Assembly (NCBI GenBank): GCA_017994935.1
Contig: JAGOJU010000016.1
Coordinates: 3,232-67,231 of the forward strand
DNA from: Opitutaceae bacterium
Lineage (GTDB): Bacteria > Verrucomicrobiota > Verrucomicrobiia > Opitutales > Opitutaceae
DNA: 64,000 bases
Direction of reading: 5' to 3'
Shown: positions 48,268-58,025 of the stretch, one piece after another
Layout of the letters: each line of letters begins with the position of its first letter
How positions within the stretch are numbered: the first letter of the stretch is position 1
The notes under the pieces: model-generated
Seen by the model: the letters and a program-made list of their open reading frames with translations, nothing else
Database searches by the model: none
Told to the model about the DNA's origin: nothing
Made by a program: the position numbers and the translations under genes

Positions 48268-50961
48268 TCACACGGTGCTGAGCGATGGTGAAGTTGCGCA
48301 CGGTTCGCAGTTCGACCGTCGGAGCTGGATCTGCGCGTAGGCGTGGGCTAGGGACTTTGACACCACTGCGGGACGGATCGGCTTGCTGATGTAGTCATCC
48401 ATTCCCGCTTCGATGCAACGCTCCCGGTCGCCTTGCATTGCATTTGCGGTCATTGCGATGATCCACGGACGAGTGGCGGAGGGATGCAGCGTGGACAGGC
48501 GCTTGGAGCACTCCAGCCCGTCCATTTCGGGCATTTGCACGTCGAGGAGGATCACATCGAAGGACTGGCGCGAAAGTGCGGCCAGCACTTCGATGCCGTT
48601 GGAGACGCGCTCGATCTTGTAGCCCAATCTCCCGAGCAGCAGGGAAGCCACGCGCTGATTCACCGCATTGTCCTCGGCGAGCAGAATGCGCAGCGGGAAT
48701 TCACGGGCAATGAGAGCATCGGCCATCCTTGAAGTGCCGCTGCCCTTGCCATCGGCGCCATGGTCGAATATCTGCGTCAGGGCGTCGCACAAGGTCGAGG
48801 ACTTTGCCGGTTTTGTCAGGACCCGTGCGATGCCGAGTCCCTTGAAACCGGAACCTGAATCCCCGAGCGAGGTCAGCGCAACGATGGGGAGTTCGTCCGG
48901 GGAGCGACGCTTGCGAAGGGCGCGCGCGAGATCGTATCCGTCCATTTCCGGCATCTGGACGTCAATGACTGCCAGATCAAATTTCCTGCCGTCATCCATC
49001 CACTGGAGGGCCTCGGCACCGGAGCTGACGGCTTCCGGGATCATGCCCCATCGTTTGCCCTGTAGGCTGAGGATGCGCCGGTTGGTCGCGTTGTCATCGA
49101 CGATCAGCAGTCGCCGGTCTTTGAGGGCCGGGACATTGTTCTGGTCGCGTGGGCCGGGGACATAGGGGGCCGCCTCGAGCGGAAGTTCAAAGAGGAAAGT
49201 GGTTCCCTGACCGACAACGGACTCCACCCAGATGCGACCGCACATGAGATCCACGAGCCGTTGGGAAATCGCGAGCCCGAGTCCGGTGCCGCCGTACTTC
49301 CGCGTCGTGGAGGCATCGACCTGGCTGAATGAGCGGAAGAGCCGGTCAAGCCGGTCGGCGGGGATGCCGATGCCGGTGTCCCTCACGGACACCTTCAACC
49401 GGGGCTGGCCGTTCTCAGCGGTACGCTGGCTCACGGTGATCACGATTTCGCCGCGCTCGGTGAACTTCACGGCGTTGCCGATCAGATTGATCAGGACCTG
49501 CCGGAGGCGGGTGAGATCGCCGACAACACAGGGCGGCACATCGTCCTCGATCCAGTAGAGCAGGTCGAGGCGCTTGGCCGAGGCCGGACCGGCGGCGAGG
49601 TCGATGGCGCTTTCCACGCATTCTCGCAGATTGACGGGCAGCCGTTCAAGTTCGAGATGGCCGGACTCGATTTTCGAGTAGTCGAGAATATCGTTGATGA
49701 TCGCCAGGAGGGCTTCGCCGCTTGTCCGGATGGTTTCGGTGAATTCACGCTGGGAGGCATCGAGCTCCGTATCGAGAAGCAGGTCCGTCATGCCGATGAC
49801 GGCGTTCATCGGCGTACGAATCTCATGGCTCATGTTGGCCAGGAAGTTCGCCATTGCCACCGCGGCCGCATGTGCATCCCTCGCGAATTTCTCTGCACGT
49901 GCACTGGCCGCCTTGAGTTCCTGGTTGCGCTCCCGGATGGTTTCCTCGGCGGCGTGCAGGTCGGTGATGTCGATGTTGCATCCCACCACGCGGAGAGGCT
50001 GTCCGGTGTTGCTCCATTCGGCGACGACGACGGAGGCCAGCACCCAGACGATGTGTCCCTCCTTGTGCTTGAAGCGCAAGGTGGTGTGGTAGGGAGTTGC
50101 GCCGCGTGTCCGAACAAGTTCATTGAACCTGGCCTCGGCTGGTTCGATCTCCTCCTCGACCAAATGGCGCTTCCATTCGTCCGGAGTGTTGGGGAACTCC
50201 GAATCGGTGTAGCCGAGCATGCGCTTGTAGCTCTGGCTGTAGAGCAGGGTGTTGTTTGCGAAGTTCCAATCCCAGTAGCCCGCAAACGAGGATTCGAAGA
50301 CCTTGAGCAGCAGCGCGCGCTCCTGCTTCACGGCATGTTCGGCCTTCAGCCGGCTGGAGATGTCGTACCGGATCGCAATGTAGGTTTCGAGTCTTCCCTG
50401 CCCGTCGTGAAACGGCACGATCGTTGAGTTGTCCCAGTAATATGCCCCGTCCTTGCGGCGGTTGCGAATCTGCCCGCGCCAGGTTTGTCCCCCGCTGATC
50501 GTTCTCCACAATTCCGCAAAGAATTCAGTGGAATGATAGCCCGAGTTGAGAATGCGGTGATTTTGTCCGATCAGTTCCTCCCGCGTGTAGCCGGATGCAC
50601 GACAGAAGGCCTCGTTGATCTCAGTGATATTGCCGTCGTGATCAGTGATCGCCACGGCTGCGTGTTCGTCGATCGCCTTGCGAATCTGGTTGGCGCGGCG
50701 CCGCGCGGCATCAAGATCCACATTTGCCTTTGCCAGGGCCTGCTCCGCCTCGATCCGGCAAGTGAGGAGCTTCCGGACGAGAAGCCAGATCGCCGGGCTC
50801 ACAAGAAGGGCGAATATGATCGAGGTGACAACGAACGATCCTGCGGCGGAATTGTCGGATATGAATCGCCCTGCAGCGTTGGCAAGGAGGTGTGCTGTCA
50901 GAAGAGTGGCGACCCCAATCAGGCTGAAAAGCATGGGTTGCTGGCAAAATCGGGGCTGCAT
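48268..50961 (-). CDS. Hybrid sensor histidine kinase with PAS domains and two C-terminal receiver domains
   Basis: N-terminal TM segments. PAS-type repeats. H-box MSHEIRTPMNAVIGM. HATPase boxes (DTGIGIP, GGTGLGLAIS). Two REC domains (LLIVDDNATN...DVQMPEMDG and ILLAEDNAVN...LLDVQMPEMDG). Confidence 0.9.
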   Translation of the reverse strand: MQPRFCQQPMLFSLIGVATLLTAHLLANAAGRFISDNSAAGSFVVTSIIFALLVSPAIWLLVRKLLTCRIEAEQALAKANVDLDAARRRANQIRKAIDEHAAVAITDHDGNITEINEAFCRASGYTREELIGQNHRILNSGYHSTEFFAELWRTISGGQTWRGQIRNRRKDGAYYWDNSTIVPFHDGQGRLETYIAIRYDISSRLKAEHAVKQERALLLKVFESSFAGYWDWNFANNTLLYSQSYKRMLGYTDSEFPNTPDEWKRHLVEEEIEPAEARFNELVRTRGATPYHTTLRFKHKEGHIVWVLASVVVAEWSNTGQPLRVVGCNIDITDLHAAEETIRERNQELKAASARAEKFARDAHAAAVAMANFLANMSHEIRTPMNAVIGMTDLLLDTELDASQREFTETIRTSGEALLAIINDILDYSKIESGHLELERLPVNLRECVESAIDLAAGPASAKRLDLLYWIEDDVPPCVVGDLTRLRQVLINLIGNAVKFTERGEIVITVSQRTAENGQPRLKVSVRDTGIGIPADRLDRLFRSFSQVDASTTRKYGGTGLGLAISQRLVDLMCGRIWVESVVGQGTTFLFELPLEAAPYVPGPRDQNNVPALKDRRLLIVDDNATNRRILSLQGKRWGMIPEAVSSGAEALQWMDDGRKFDLAVIDVQMPEMDGYDLARALRKRRSPDELPIVALTSLGDSGSGFKGLGIARVLTKPAKSSTLCDALTQIFDHGADGKGSGTSRMADALIAREFPLRILLAEDNAVNQRVASLLLGRLGYKIERVSNGIEVLAALSRQSFDVILLDVQMPEMDGLECSKRLSTLHPSATRPWIIAMTANAMQGDRERCIEAGMDDYISKPIRPAVVSKSLAHAYAQIQLRRSNCEPCATSPSLSTV

Positions 50962-51076
50962 CGGAGATCGGTGAGACGCGCGCGAGCCGAGATTACGGAG
51001 CTGTTGCGTCGCTGGTCGGGCCGTGAACAGGAAATGGCATGGGTAACGGAAGTAATCGGATTTTTGTGGATCCGCT

Positions 51077-51094
51077 GGAGTGATATATCACTCC
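51077..51094. promoter_or_regulatory. Perfect 18-bp palindrome GGAGTGATATATCACTCC in a divergent promoter region
   Basis: Read directly from the sequence. Lies about 115 nt upstream of the kinase ORF start and about 240 nt upstream of the ABC ATPase ATG. Candidate dimeric-regulator operator. Confidence 0.35.
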
Positions 51095-51333
51095 TCGCAA
51101 CTGTTTGTTGAGCATCGTGATGGAAGCTTCATGAGAAGGGCGTAGGGAGCATTCCACGGAACTTCTGCGGCGGGCCGGAACGCGCGGTGTTTGACTGGAT
51201 GCGGCAAGGATCCGGCCCAGATGCAGTTCAGGTGCCGTCTCGACCTTGGAAATAGGCTCGATGCAACTGACCTGACGCACTGCACTTTTTGTTTGGCGCT
51301 GAGGTTTCCCTTCATTCCTTGGACAGCGCCACG

Positions 51334-52845
51334 ATGACTCCCCTCCTTGTTTTTCAGCGCATCAGCAAGTCATTCGGAGCGGTCCATGCGTTGCGCGGCG
51401 TGGATTTCGAACTGAGGCGCGGGGAGGTCCATGCCTTGCTGGGTGAGAACGGGGCGGGCAAGTCTACCCTGATCAAGGTCGCCACAGGCGCCCACACTCC
51501 CGATGGAGGGACCCTGGTGGTGGACGGCGAAACCTGCGACGGGCTCACTCCCGCGCTGGCGCATGAACGGGGCATAGCCTGCATTTATCAGCAGCCTGCA
51601 CTTTTCCCGGATCTGACCGTGATGGAGAACCTGGCCCTTCGGCTGGAGAAGCCATCCTCTTTTAAGCGCGTGCGATGGGCGGAACGAAGAAAGCGGGCTG
51701 CCGGACTTCTGGCGAGAGTGGGTGCGGAGATTTCACCGGATGCCGCCGTGAATGAATTGTCCATGCCGGAACAGCAACTGGTGGAGATTGCCGGTGCGCT
51801 GGGGGCGGAGGCGCGGATTGTCATCATGGATGAACCAACGGCCTCTCTCACGCGTCGCGAGCAGGAGCGGTTATATGGAATCATCCGCGCGTTGAAGTCC
51901 CAGGGCATCGGCATCCTCTACATTTCGCATCGGCTGGAGGAAATCCTTGCCCTCGCGGATCGCGTCACGGTGCTGAGGGACGGAGCCAGCACGGGGACCT
52001 TTGACGTGCGTGAAATCAATGAAAGGGAACTCATCCGGCTGATGGTGGGACGGGAGGTGACGCATCTGTATCCTCCGTCGCAAGGAGTCCCCGGCGAGGC
52101 GAGGGTGAAGGTGGAGCGTTTGTGCTGCCGTACCTCCGGAGTGAGGGACATTTCCTTTGAGGTCCGGGCCGGCGAGATTCTTGGACTCGCGGGCCTCGTG
52201 GGCGCAGGGCGCACGGAACTCGCGTGTGTCCTTTTTGGACTCACTCCGGCAGACGCCGGCAGCGTCTCAATCGACGGCAAAGGCATCGCCGTTCGATCCC
52301 CCGCCGAAGCCATCGACCAAGGCATTGCGTATGTGCCTGAAGACCGGCGGCGACAGGGTGTCGTGCAGGAAATGACGGTGGCTGAGAATGTCACTCTCGC
52401 CGCCCACCGGAGGTACTTTCCCGGCGGCTGGCTTCGGGACCGGATCGAAGCCGGCGCGGCCCGGGAGGCTGTGGATCGGCTGGCGATCAAGACCGCAGGG
52501 ATCGATGCGCCCGTGTCGAGTTTGAGTGGTGGAAACCAGCAGAAGGTGTCGCTTTCGCGCTGGCTGGCCACAGGGCCGAAACTGCTGATTCTCGACGAGC
52601 CGACCCAGGGCGTGGATGTTGGAGCGAAGAGCGAGATCCACGCGCTGATCCGTCGGTTCGCGGCGGCGGGCATGGCTGTGATCCTGATTTCCAGCGATCT
52701 TCCCGAGATCCTGGGGATGAGCGATCGTATCGGTGTCATGCGCGGGGGAACATTGGCGGGCATTCTTCCAGGGGGCAGCGCAGCGGCGGATGTCATGGCA
52801 GCCGCTCTCGGACAGGTCGGTACCACAGGAAAGGATGCTGCGTGA
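51334..52845 (+). CDS. Sugar ABC transporter ATP-binding protein (two fused ABC cassettes, RbsA/RhaT-like)
   Basis: Walker A GENGAGKST. Signature LSGGNQQKVSL in the second cassette. About 500 aa duplicated architecture. ATG at 51334. Confidence 0.9.
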   Translation: MTPLLVFQRISKSFGAVHALRGVDFELRRGEVHALLGENGAGKSTLIKVATGAHTPDGGTLVVDGETCDGLTPALAHERGIACIYQQPALFPDLTVMENLALRLEKPSSFKRVRWAERRKRAAGLLARVGAEISPDAAVNELSMPEQQLVEIAGALGAEARIVIMDEPTASLTRREQERLYGIIRALKSQGIGILYISHRLEEILALADRVTVLRDGASTGTFDVREINERELIRLMVGREVTHLYPPSQGVPGEARVKVERLCCRTSGVRDISFEVRAGEILGLAGLVGAGRTELACVLFGLTPADAGSVSIDGKGIAVRSPAEAIDQGIAYVPEDRRRQGVVQEMTVAENVTLAAHRRYFPGGWLRDRIEAGAAREAVDRLAIKTAGIDAPVSSLSGGNQQKVSLSRWLATGPKLLILDEPTQGVDVGAKSEIHALIRRFAAAGMAVILISSDLPEILGMSDRIGVMRGGTLAGILPGGSAAADVMAAALGQVGTTGKDAA

Positions 52846-53795
52846 AGTGCGGACGCTACCGTCGGGAGCTTGCCGTTGCGGTGGTCCTCGGATGCCTCCT
52901 TGTCGGGCTGCGCATCTTCGCCCCTGCATTCTATCAGGCCCAACCGCTGCTGTCGCTGGCGACGCGTGAGGCGCCGTCGCTGATTGTCACGTGCGGCATG
53001 GTGATCGTGATCCTGGCGCGGCAGATCGACATATCCGTGGGATCGCTGTTTTCAGTCTGCGGTGTGGCTTGTGGATTGCTGGCTGCCAGAGGGTGGCCGG
53101 TCTGGTCGCTGCTTCCTGCGGGTGCGCTGATCGGCGGGACATTTGGGGCGGTGAATGGCGCGCTGGTTGCGGGACTCGGTCTGCCCTCGATTGTGGTGAC
53201 CCTCGCGATGCTGGTGGCCTTGCGACAGGGCTTGAACCTTTTCCGGCAGGGGGAGTTCGTCACGCTGCCCGACGGGGTGCAGTGGTTCGGCATGAGTCAG
53301 ATGCACGGCCAGATCATTGTGCTGTGTGCAACGGCGCTGCTGGTGGCGCTCCTTGGCTATGGTCTTCAGTGCATTTCCCTCGGGCGGCATTTTTATGCGG
53401 TCGGCAGCGATGCGGAAGCGGCACGACTGGCGGGCCTGAAACCGCGGCGCGTCACGTTTCTCGCCTTTGTCCTGCTGGGAGCCCTTACGGGGATAGCTGC
53501 GGTGGTGAATGTGGTGCAGTCGCCCCAGGTTCAGCCGCTCACGGGGAATGGCATGGAACTCAAGGTCATTGCGGCGGTTGTCGTCGGTGGCGTGGCGATT
53601 TCAGGCGGACGCGGCTATCTCTGGGGTGCGGTGATCGGACTGCTGCTGCTGGCCTGCATTTCACCGGCCCTGGTGCACCTGCATCTGGAGGCGTATTGGG
53701 AGAAGGCGATACAGGGGGCAATCATCCTGCTGGCGGTCCTCGCCGAAGGGCTGCGGGCACGAAACTCCCGCGGGCATTGCACGGGTTCGCCATGA
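52842..53795 (+). CDS. Sugar ABC transporter permease (ribose/rhamnose-type)
   Basis: Polytopic membrane protein. The GTG start overlaps the ATPase stop (GTGA). Typical of the RbsC-like family (…GRHFYAVGSDAEAARLAG…). Confidence 0.85.
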   Translation: MKCGRYRRELAVAVVLGCLLVGLRIFAPAFYQAQPLLSLATREAPSLIVTCGMVIVILARQIDISVGSLFSVCGVACGLLAARGWPVWSLLPAGALIGGTFGAVNGALVAGLGLPSIVVTLAMLVALRQGLNLFRQGEFVTLPDGVQWFGMSQMHGQIIVLCATALLVALLGYGLQCISLGRHFYAVGSDAEAARLAGLKPRRVTFLAFVLLGALTGIAAVVNVVQSPQVQPLTGNGMELKVIAAVVVGGVAISGGRGYLWGAVIGLLLLACISPALVHLHLEAYWEKAIQGAIILLAVLAEGLRARNSRGHCTGSP

Positions 53796-54832
53796 CAGCA
53801 CCGCGTAAGGAGTCATTCCCTGGTTCCGTGTGGCGGCGGATGCTGTTCAGATATGAGACGATTCTGCTCGGGGTGCTGATCGTGGAGTGGCTGCTGTTCC
53901 TCCATTTCGGCACGACGGTGAATCGCCGTGGCATGACAGTCGGATTCGGCACGCTTGATCGCCAGTTCGACATTCTCAGGCATTCGTGTGAGATCGGATT
54001 GCTGGCGCTTGCCCTGACACCGGTCATCCTGACTGCCGGAATCGACCTGTCGGTGGCATCGCTCCTCGGACTGTGCGCGATCGTATTTGGCCAGCTCACC
54101 CACGACGGCGGCATGGCGTTGTCGCTTGCGATTCCGCTCACGCTGCTGGTCGGTGCGATCGGAGGTGCGATCAATGCCGGCCTGATCGCGGGCCTCAGGT
54201 TGCCGCCGCTGATTGTGACGCTCGGGACCTACTCGCTCTTTCGCGGGCTGGCGGAGGCGATGACGGGTGGAGCGATGACGTACACGCAGTTTCCGTCCGG
54301 GTTCCTCGCGCTCGGCCAGGGGCGGTGGCTGGGGGTTCCTGCACAGGCGTGGATATTCCTCGGTGTGGCGGCGGGCATGTGGGTGCTGGTGCATCGGACC
54401 GTGCCGGGGAGGTTTTTTCGTGTGATCGGCTTCGCTCCAGAGGGGGCACGGTATGCGGGGGTGCCCGTGGGAAAGTGCCTGTCCCTTGTATATGTCCTCG
54501 CAGGCCTTGTGGCCGCCGCTGCGGCGCTGGTCTACACCGCGCGCCTCGGGCAGGCGAAGGCGGATGCCGCGGTGGGCTATGAACTGTATGCTATCACGGC
54601 CGTCGTGCTCGGAGGCACCAGTATTTTCGGGGGAAAGGGCAGCGTGTCCGGGACACTGCTCGGCGTGGCGGTCATCGCTGTGCTCAAGAACGGCCTTGCG
54701 ACGCTTCCGGTCGTCATCCGCATGAATTCCGCAGAGGAACTCTCCGGCCTGCTCACGGGGGCGCTGCTTTTGTTTGCCCTGACAATCGGGATGCTGCCGA
54801 AACTTCTTTCCGCCCTGCGTTTTCGCCGGTAG
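53792..54832 (+). CDS. Sugar ABC transporter permease, second subunit
   Basis: ATG 53792 overlaps the previous stop (ATGA). Polytopic. RFFRVIGFAPEGARYAGV motif. The ORF-track start 52991 is an out-of-gene extension. Confidence 0.85.
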   Translation: MTAPRKESFPGSVWRRMLFRYETILLGVLIVEWLLFLHFGTTVNRRGMTVGFGTLDRQFDILRHSCEIGLLALALTPVILTAGIDLSVASLLGLCAIVFGQLTHDGGMALSLAIPLTLLVGAIGGAINAGLIAGLRLPPLIVTLGTYSLFRGLAEAMTGGAMTYTQFPSGFLALGQGRWLGVPAQAWIFLGVAAGMWVLVHRTVPGRFFRVIGFAPEGARYAGVPVGKCLSLVYVLAGLVAAAAALVYTARLGQAKADAAVGYELYAITAVVLGGTSIFGGKGSVSGTLLGVAVIAVLKNGLATLPVVIRMNSAEELSGLLTGALLLFALTIGMLPKLLSALRFRR

Positions 54833-54861
54833 GGGATGGGCACCGAATTTCTACATCCGTC

Positions 54862-55857
54862 ATGACAAACCGATTCCGAGCCGGACTCCTTCTTTCATTC
54901 CTTTCCTTCGTGCTTGTCGGCGTCGCTGTGCAGGATGCCGCTGCCCAGGGCAAAGCCATGATCGCCCTGATGCCGAAATCGAAGGGGAATGGCTATTTTA
55001 TCTCCTGCAAGGCAGGGGCGGAAAAGGCTGCAAAGGAACTCGGGGTGGAACTGCTCTTCGATGGACCGGTCGATGCCAATGCAGCCAGGCAGAACGAGAT
55101 CGTCGAGAACTGGATCACGCTTGGCGTCGACGCGATCGCGGTCGCTGCGGAGAACAAAGAGGGCATATCGACGGCGCTTCGCAAGGCGCAGAAACAGGGA
55201 ATCAAGGTGGTCACGTATGATGCGGATTCGCTTCCCGATGCACGCAGCTTTTTTGTCAACCAGGCCACACCTGAAGGAATTGCGCGCACCCTCATGGACG
55301 AGGCTGCGCGCCTGTGCGACAGCACCGGCCAGTTTGCAATGCTCACCGCCAGCCTGACCGCCGGAAACCAGAGGGAGTGGCAGAGTCACATCGAAAAGCG
55401 GCTGGCTGAAAAGTATCCGCACATGACACTCGTGGCCGTGCGCCCGTGCGACGATCTGAAGGACCGTGCGCAGTCGGAGGCGACGGCGCTGATGAGTGCG
55501 AACCCCGAACTCAAATTGATTATGGCGATCTGTTCCCCGGCGGTGCCAGGGGCTGCGGAGGCGGTGAAACAGGCGGGTCGTGTCGGGAGCGTGAAGGTCA
55601 TCGGTCTGGGACTGCCGAATGAAAACCGGCGCTATGTGAAGGAGGGGGTCACCCAGACCGTTGTGCTCTGGAAAACCGAAGACCTGGGCTACCTTACGGT
55701 TTATGCAGCGAATGCCCTCGTGACGGGCGCGCTCAAGCCGGGTGCGACCTCCTTCAAGGCCGGCAGCCTCGGGGTGTTTACGGTCGACAAGGATCAGATA
55801 CTCCTCGGAACACCGTTCCTCTTCAACAAGGGCAATATCGACGACTTCGACTTCTGA
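54862..55857 (+). CDS. Periplasmic sugar-binding protein (type I PBP; LsrB/RhaS-like)
   Basis: Signal peptide, then IALMPKSKGNGYFISCKAGAEKAAKELGVELLFDGP... typical of monosaccharide-binding proteins. Confidence 0.85.
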   Translation: MTNRFRAGLLLSFLSFVLVGVAVQDAAAQGKAMIALMPKSKGNGYFISCKAGAEKAAKELGVELLFDGPVDANAARQNEIVENWITLGVDAIAVAAENKEGISTALRKAQKQGIKVVTYDADSLPDARSFFVNQATPEGIARTLMDEAARLCDSTGQFAMLTASLTAGNQREWQSHIEKRLAEKYPHMTLVAVRPCDDLKDRAQSEATALMSANPELKLIMAICSPAVPGAAEAVKQAGRVGSVKVIGLGLPNENRRYVKEGVTQTVVLWKTEDLGYLTVYAANALVTGALKPGATSFKAGSLGVFTVDKDQILLGTPFLFNKGNIDDFDF

Positions 55858-55889
55858 CCCGAAGGGGAGGGATCGGGATCGAGGCGTCC

Positions 55890-57080
55890 TCAGGCGCCCG
55901 CAAACGACTTCTCGTATCCGACCGTCGTGCGGGCCGGGCCGGAAGGAGCGGGGCCGGATGCGATCAGCTTGTCGGCGACATGCAGTGCGGCGGCCACGAC
56001 CTGGTCCATGTTCAAATAGCGGTACTGTGCAAGACGGCCGATAAACGTGACGTTGCTCTGGCGATCGGCGAGTTCCCGGTACCTCTCGATGAGTGCCTGG
56101 CTTTCGTTCCCCGGCACTGGATAGTAGGGGTCATTGTGACCGAAACGGTATTCCTCCGAAAATTCGCGGACGATGTTGGTGAAGCGACTCACCTGTCCGG
56201 TGATGTGTTTCAGTTCAACGGTGCGCGTGAAGGGTTCTGGGCCCGGGTAGTTGACCTGCAGCGCGGGCTGGAGCAGGCCGTCCGCAAGGTGCGCCGTGGA
56301 TTCCTCCTCCAGATTGAATCTCACGGTCCGGTAGGGCAGATGCCCGTGGCAGTGATTGAAAAACTCATCGATCGGCCCGGTGTAGATCAGGTGCCGGTAC
56401 TTCAGGCTCGGAAGGATGTCGCGATAGTCGGTGTTGAGGCGAAGGTCCGCGCGTGACTGGGCAAAGAGCGAGTCGAAAAGATTGTGGTAGCCGTGCCGAG
56501 GCAGCGCCTGGAATTCGTCGGTAAAGTAACGTTCATCGACGGTGCTGCGCCAGGGTATGCGACGGCACACGGAAGGGTCCAGGCTCTCGGCAGGGCGGCC
56601 CCATTGTTTTGCGGTGTAGCCACGGAAAAACAGTTCATACAGTTCCTCGCCCACCGTTGCGAGAATGGCCTCGCGGGAATTCGCCGGGTTCGCGATGGGA
56701 AGCGCGGCATCGGCAAGGTAGCGCTTGAAATCATTCTCGGTGGCACACGGATTTCCGGAAAGCTGCCGGTAGGTGTTCAGGTTGACGGGAAAGCTCCAGT
56801 AGCGTTCACGCGCGAACACCTGGACACGGTACTGCACCTCCCGCCACTCGGTGAATCTGCCGAGGTAGTCGCGCACATGCGGGGCGTTGGTACGGAAATA
56901 GTGGGGGCCGTAAACGTGGTAAAGCAGTCCGTTCCGGTCGGTGCGATCATGACAATTGCCGCCGATATGGTCGCGTTTTTCGACCACCAGACAACGGTGT
57001 CCCGCGGCACCGAGGCGCTCTGCGAGGACGAGGCCTGAGAATCCGGCGCCGACTATGACATAATCATAGGACTCCGCCAT
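55890..57080 (-). CDS. glf: UDP-galactopyranose mutase
   Basis: FAD-binding YDYVIVGAGFSG. EKRDHIGGN. YHVYGPHYFRTN. Confidence 0.9.
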   Translation of the reverse strand: MAESYDYVIVGAGFSGLVLAERLGAAGHRCLVVEKRDHIGGNCHDRTDRNGLLYHVYGPHYFRTNAPHVRDYLGRFTEWREVQYRVQVFARERYWSFPVNLNTYRQLSGNPCATENDFKRYLADAALPIANPANSREAILATVGEELYELFFRGYTAKQWGRPAESLDPSVCRRIPWRSTVDERYFTDEFQALPRHGYHNLFDSLFAQSRADLRLNTDYRDILPSLKYRHLIYTGPIDEFFNHCHGHLPYRTVRFNLEEESTAHLADGLLQPALQVNYPGPEPFTRTVELKHITGQVSRFTNIVREFSEEYRFGHNDPYYPVPGNESQALIERYRELADRQSNVTFIGRLAQYRYLNMDQVVAAALHVADKLIASGPAPSGPARTTVGYEKSFAGA

Positions 57081-57083
57081 GAA

Positions 57084-57776
57084 TCAGAGGGTGTCGAGAT
57101 CCTGGAAAAGTTTGCGCGCCTTGCGCGCGAAGCCCCAATAGCGAACGGAGGCGTGTCCACCAACGCGGTCGCGAAAATGGATTGGCACCTCGATGTAGCC
57201 CTTGGGCTCGAGCAGCAGGGCCACGGCGATGTTGGCGAGATCAAAACCTGAAGGGACCTGCGTCGCTGCTTCGCAGGCGACGTGGGTGTGATAGAGCCGG
57301 TAGGGGACGTTGGTGTCGTTGAGCCTCGTGCGCCGCTTCATCTTGAGGGACCAGCGAAGGATGGTCGTGACGATGCGGCGCCCGAATCCGTCGTCGCGGC
57401 GGACCCGTCGTCCGTACACTGCGGGCGCGTCCTTGCGGCGCTCCCAGATCGAGCGGAACGCGGAAGGGTCGCACTGGCCGTCGGAATCGATCTGGAAAAC
57501 ATAGTCGGCGCCCAGTTTCGCAGCTTCCTGGTAACCGACCAGGCAGCTCTGACCGTGACCGCGGTTTTCCTGATTGTGGATGCGAAGGTCGGGCCAGTTG
57601 AGCGCCATGAGGGCGTCGAGTGTGCCGTCCTTGGAGCCGTCGTTGATGACGAGCAGGAGGTAGCGCGGGGCGGTGCGTGCGAGTTCCTTCCTCCATTCGG
57701 CGAGCACATCGACGATCACGGATTCCTCGTTGTAGACGGGGATCACGACCACGACTTCGGGGGGGGAATCAGGCAC
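57084..57776 (-). CDS. Family 2 glycosyltransferase (polyprenol-phosphate glycosyltransferase-like)
   Basis: VVVIPVYNEESVI, INDGSKDGT, QIDSDGQ (DxD). GTG 57776 has AAGGA 6 nt upstream and gives ~230 aa. The ORF is open to 57944. The stop is 3 nt from the glf start. Confidence 0.85.
   Translation of the reverse strand: MPDSPPEVVVVIPVYNEESVIVDVLAEWRKELARTAPRYLLLVINDGSKDGTLDALMALNWPDLRIHNQENRGHGQSCLVGYQEAAKLGADYVFQIDSDGQCDPSAFRSIWERRKDAPAVYGRRVRRDDGFGRRIVTTILRWSLKMKRRTRLNDTNVPYRLYHTHVACEAATQVPSGFDLANIAVALLLEPKGYIEVPIHFRDRVGGHASVRYWGFARKARKLFQDLDTL
57759..57766. repeat. G8/C8 homopolymer tract at codons 4-6 of the GT2 gene
   Basis: The plus strand has ggggggggg-free context ...cttc-gggggggg-aatc. 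The coding strand reads GTG CCT GAT TCC CCC CCC GAA. It is the second-longest G/C run in the window. Confidence 0.95.
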
Positions 57777-58025
57777 CTCTGTCCTTGCCTTTGACTGCGA
57801 CGGCTTGAAATCACGCCGGGGAAACGTCGGTGAAGGCGTGGCGCGATAGTTGAACGTTGGGCGTGAGTGTGACACGGAAGGGGTGCGGTGGCGCGCAGTA
57901 AATGCTAGACGGAGACAAAGTGCTCCCACGTAGTATCGGGACACAACCGCAAAGCCTTAAGGCGGGCTTTTTAGCAAAATCTTCGACAATCTGCGCGTAC
58001 TGCCTTCAATTGCCCGGCTCAGTCC

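Noticed and set aside
52991-53791. 267-codon upstream extension of the second ABC permease ORF
   Set aside because: It overlaps the first permease gene out of frame and gives Gly/Arg/Ala-rich nonsense. ATG 53792 with an ATGA overlap is the natural start.
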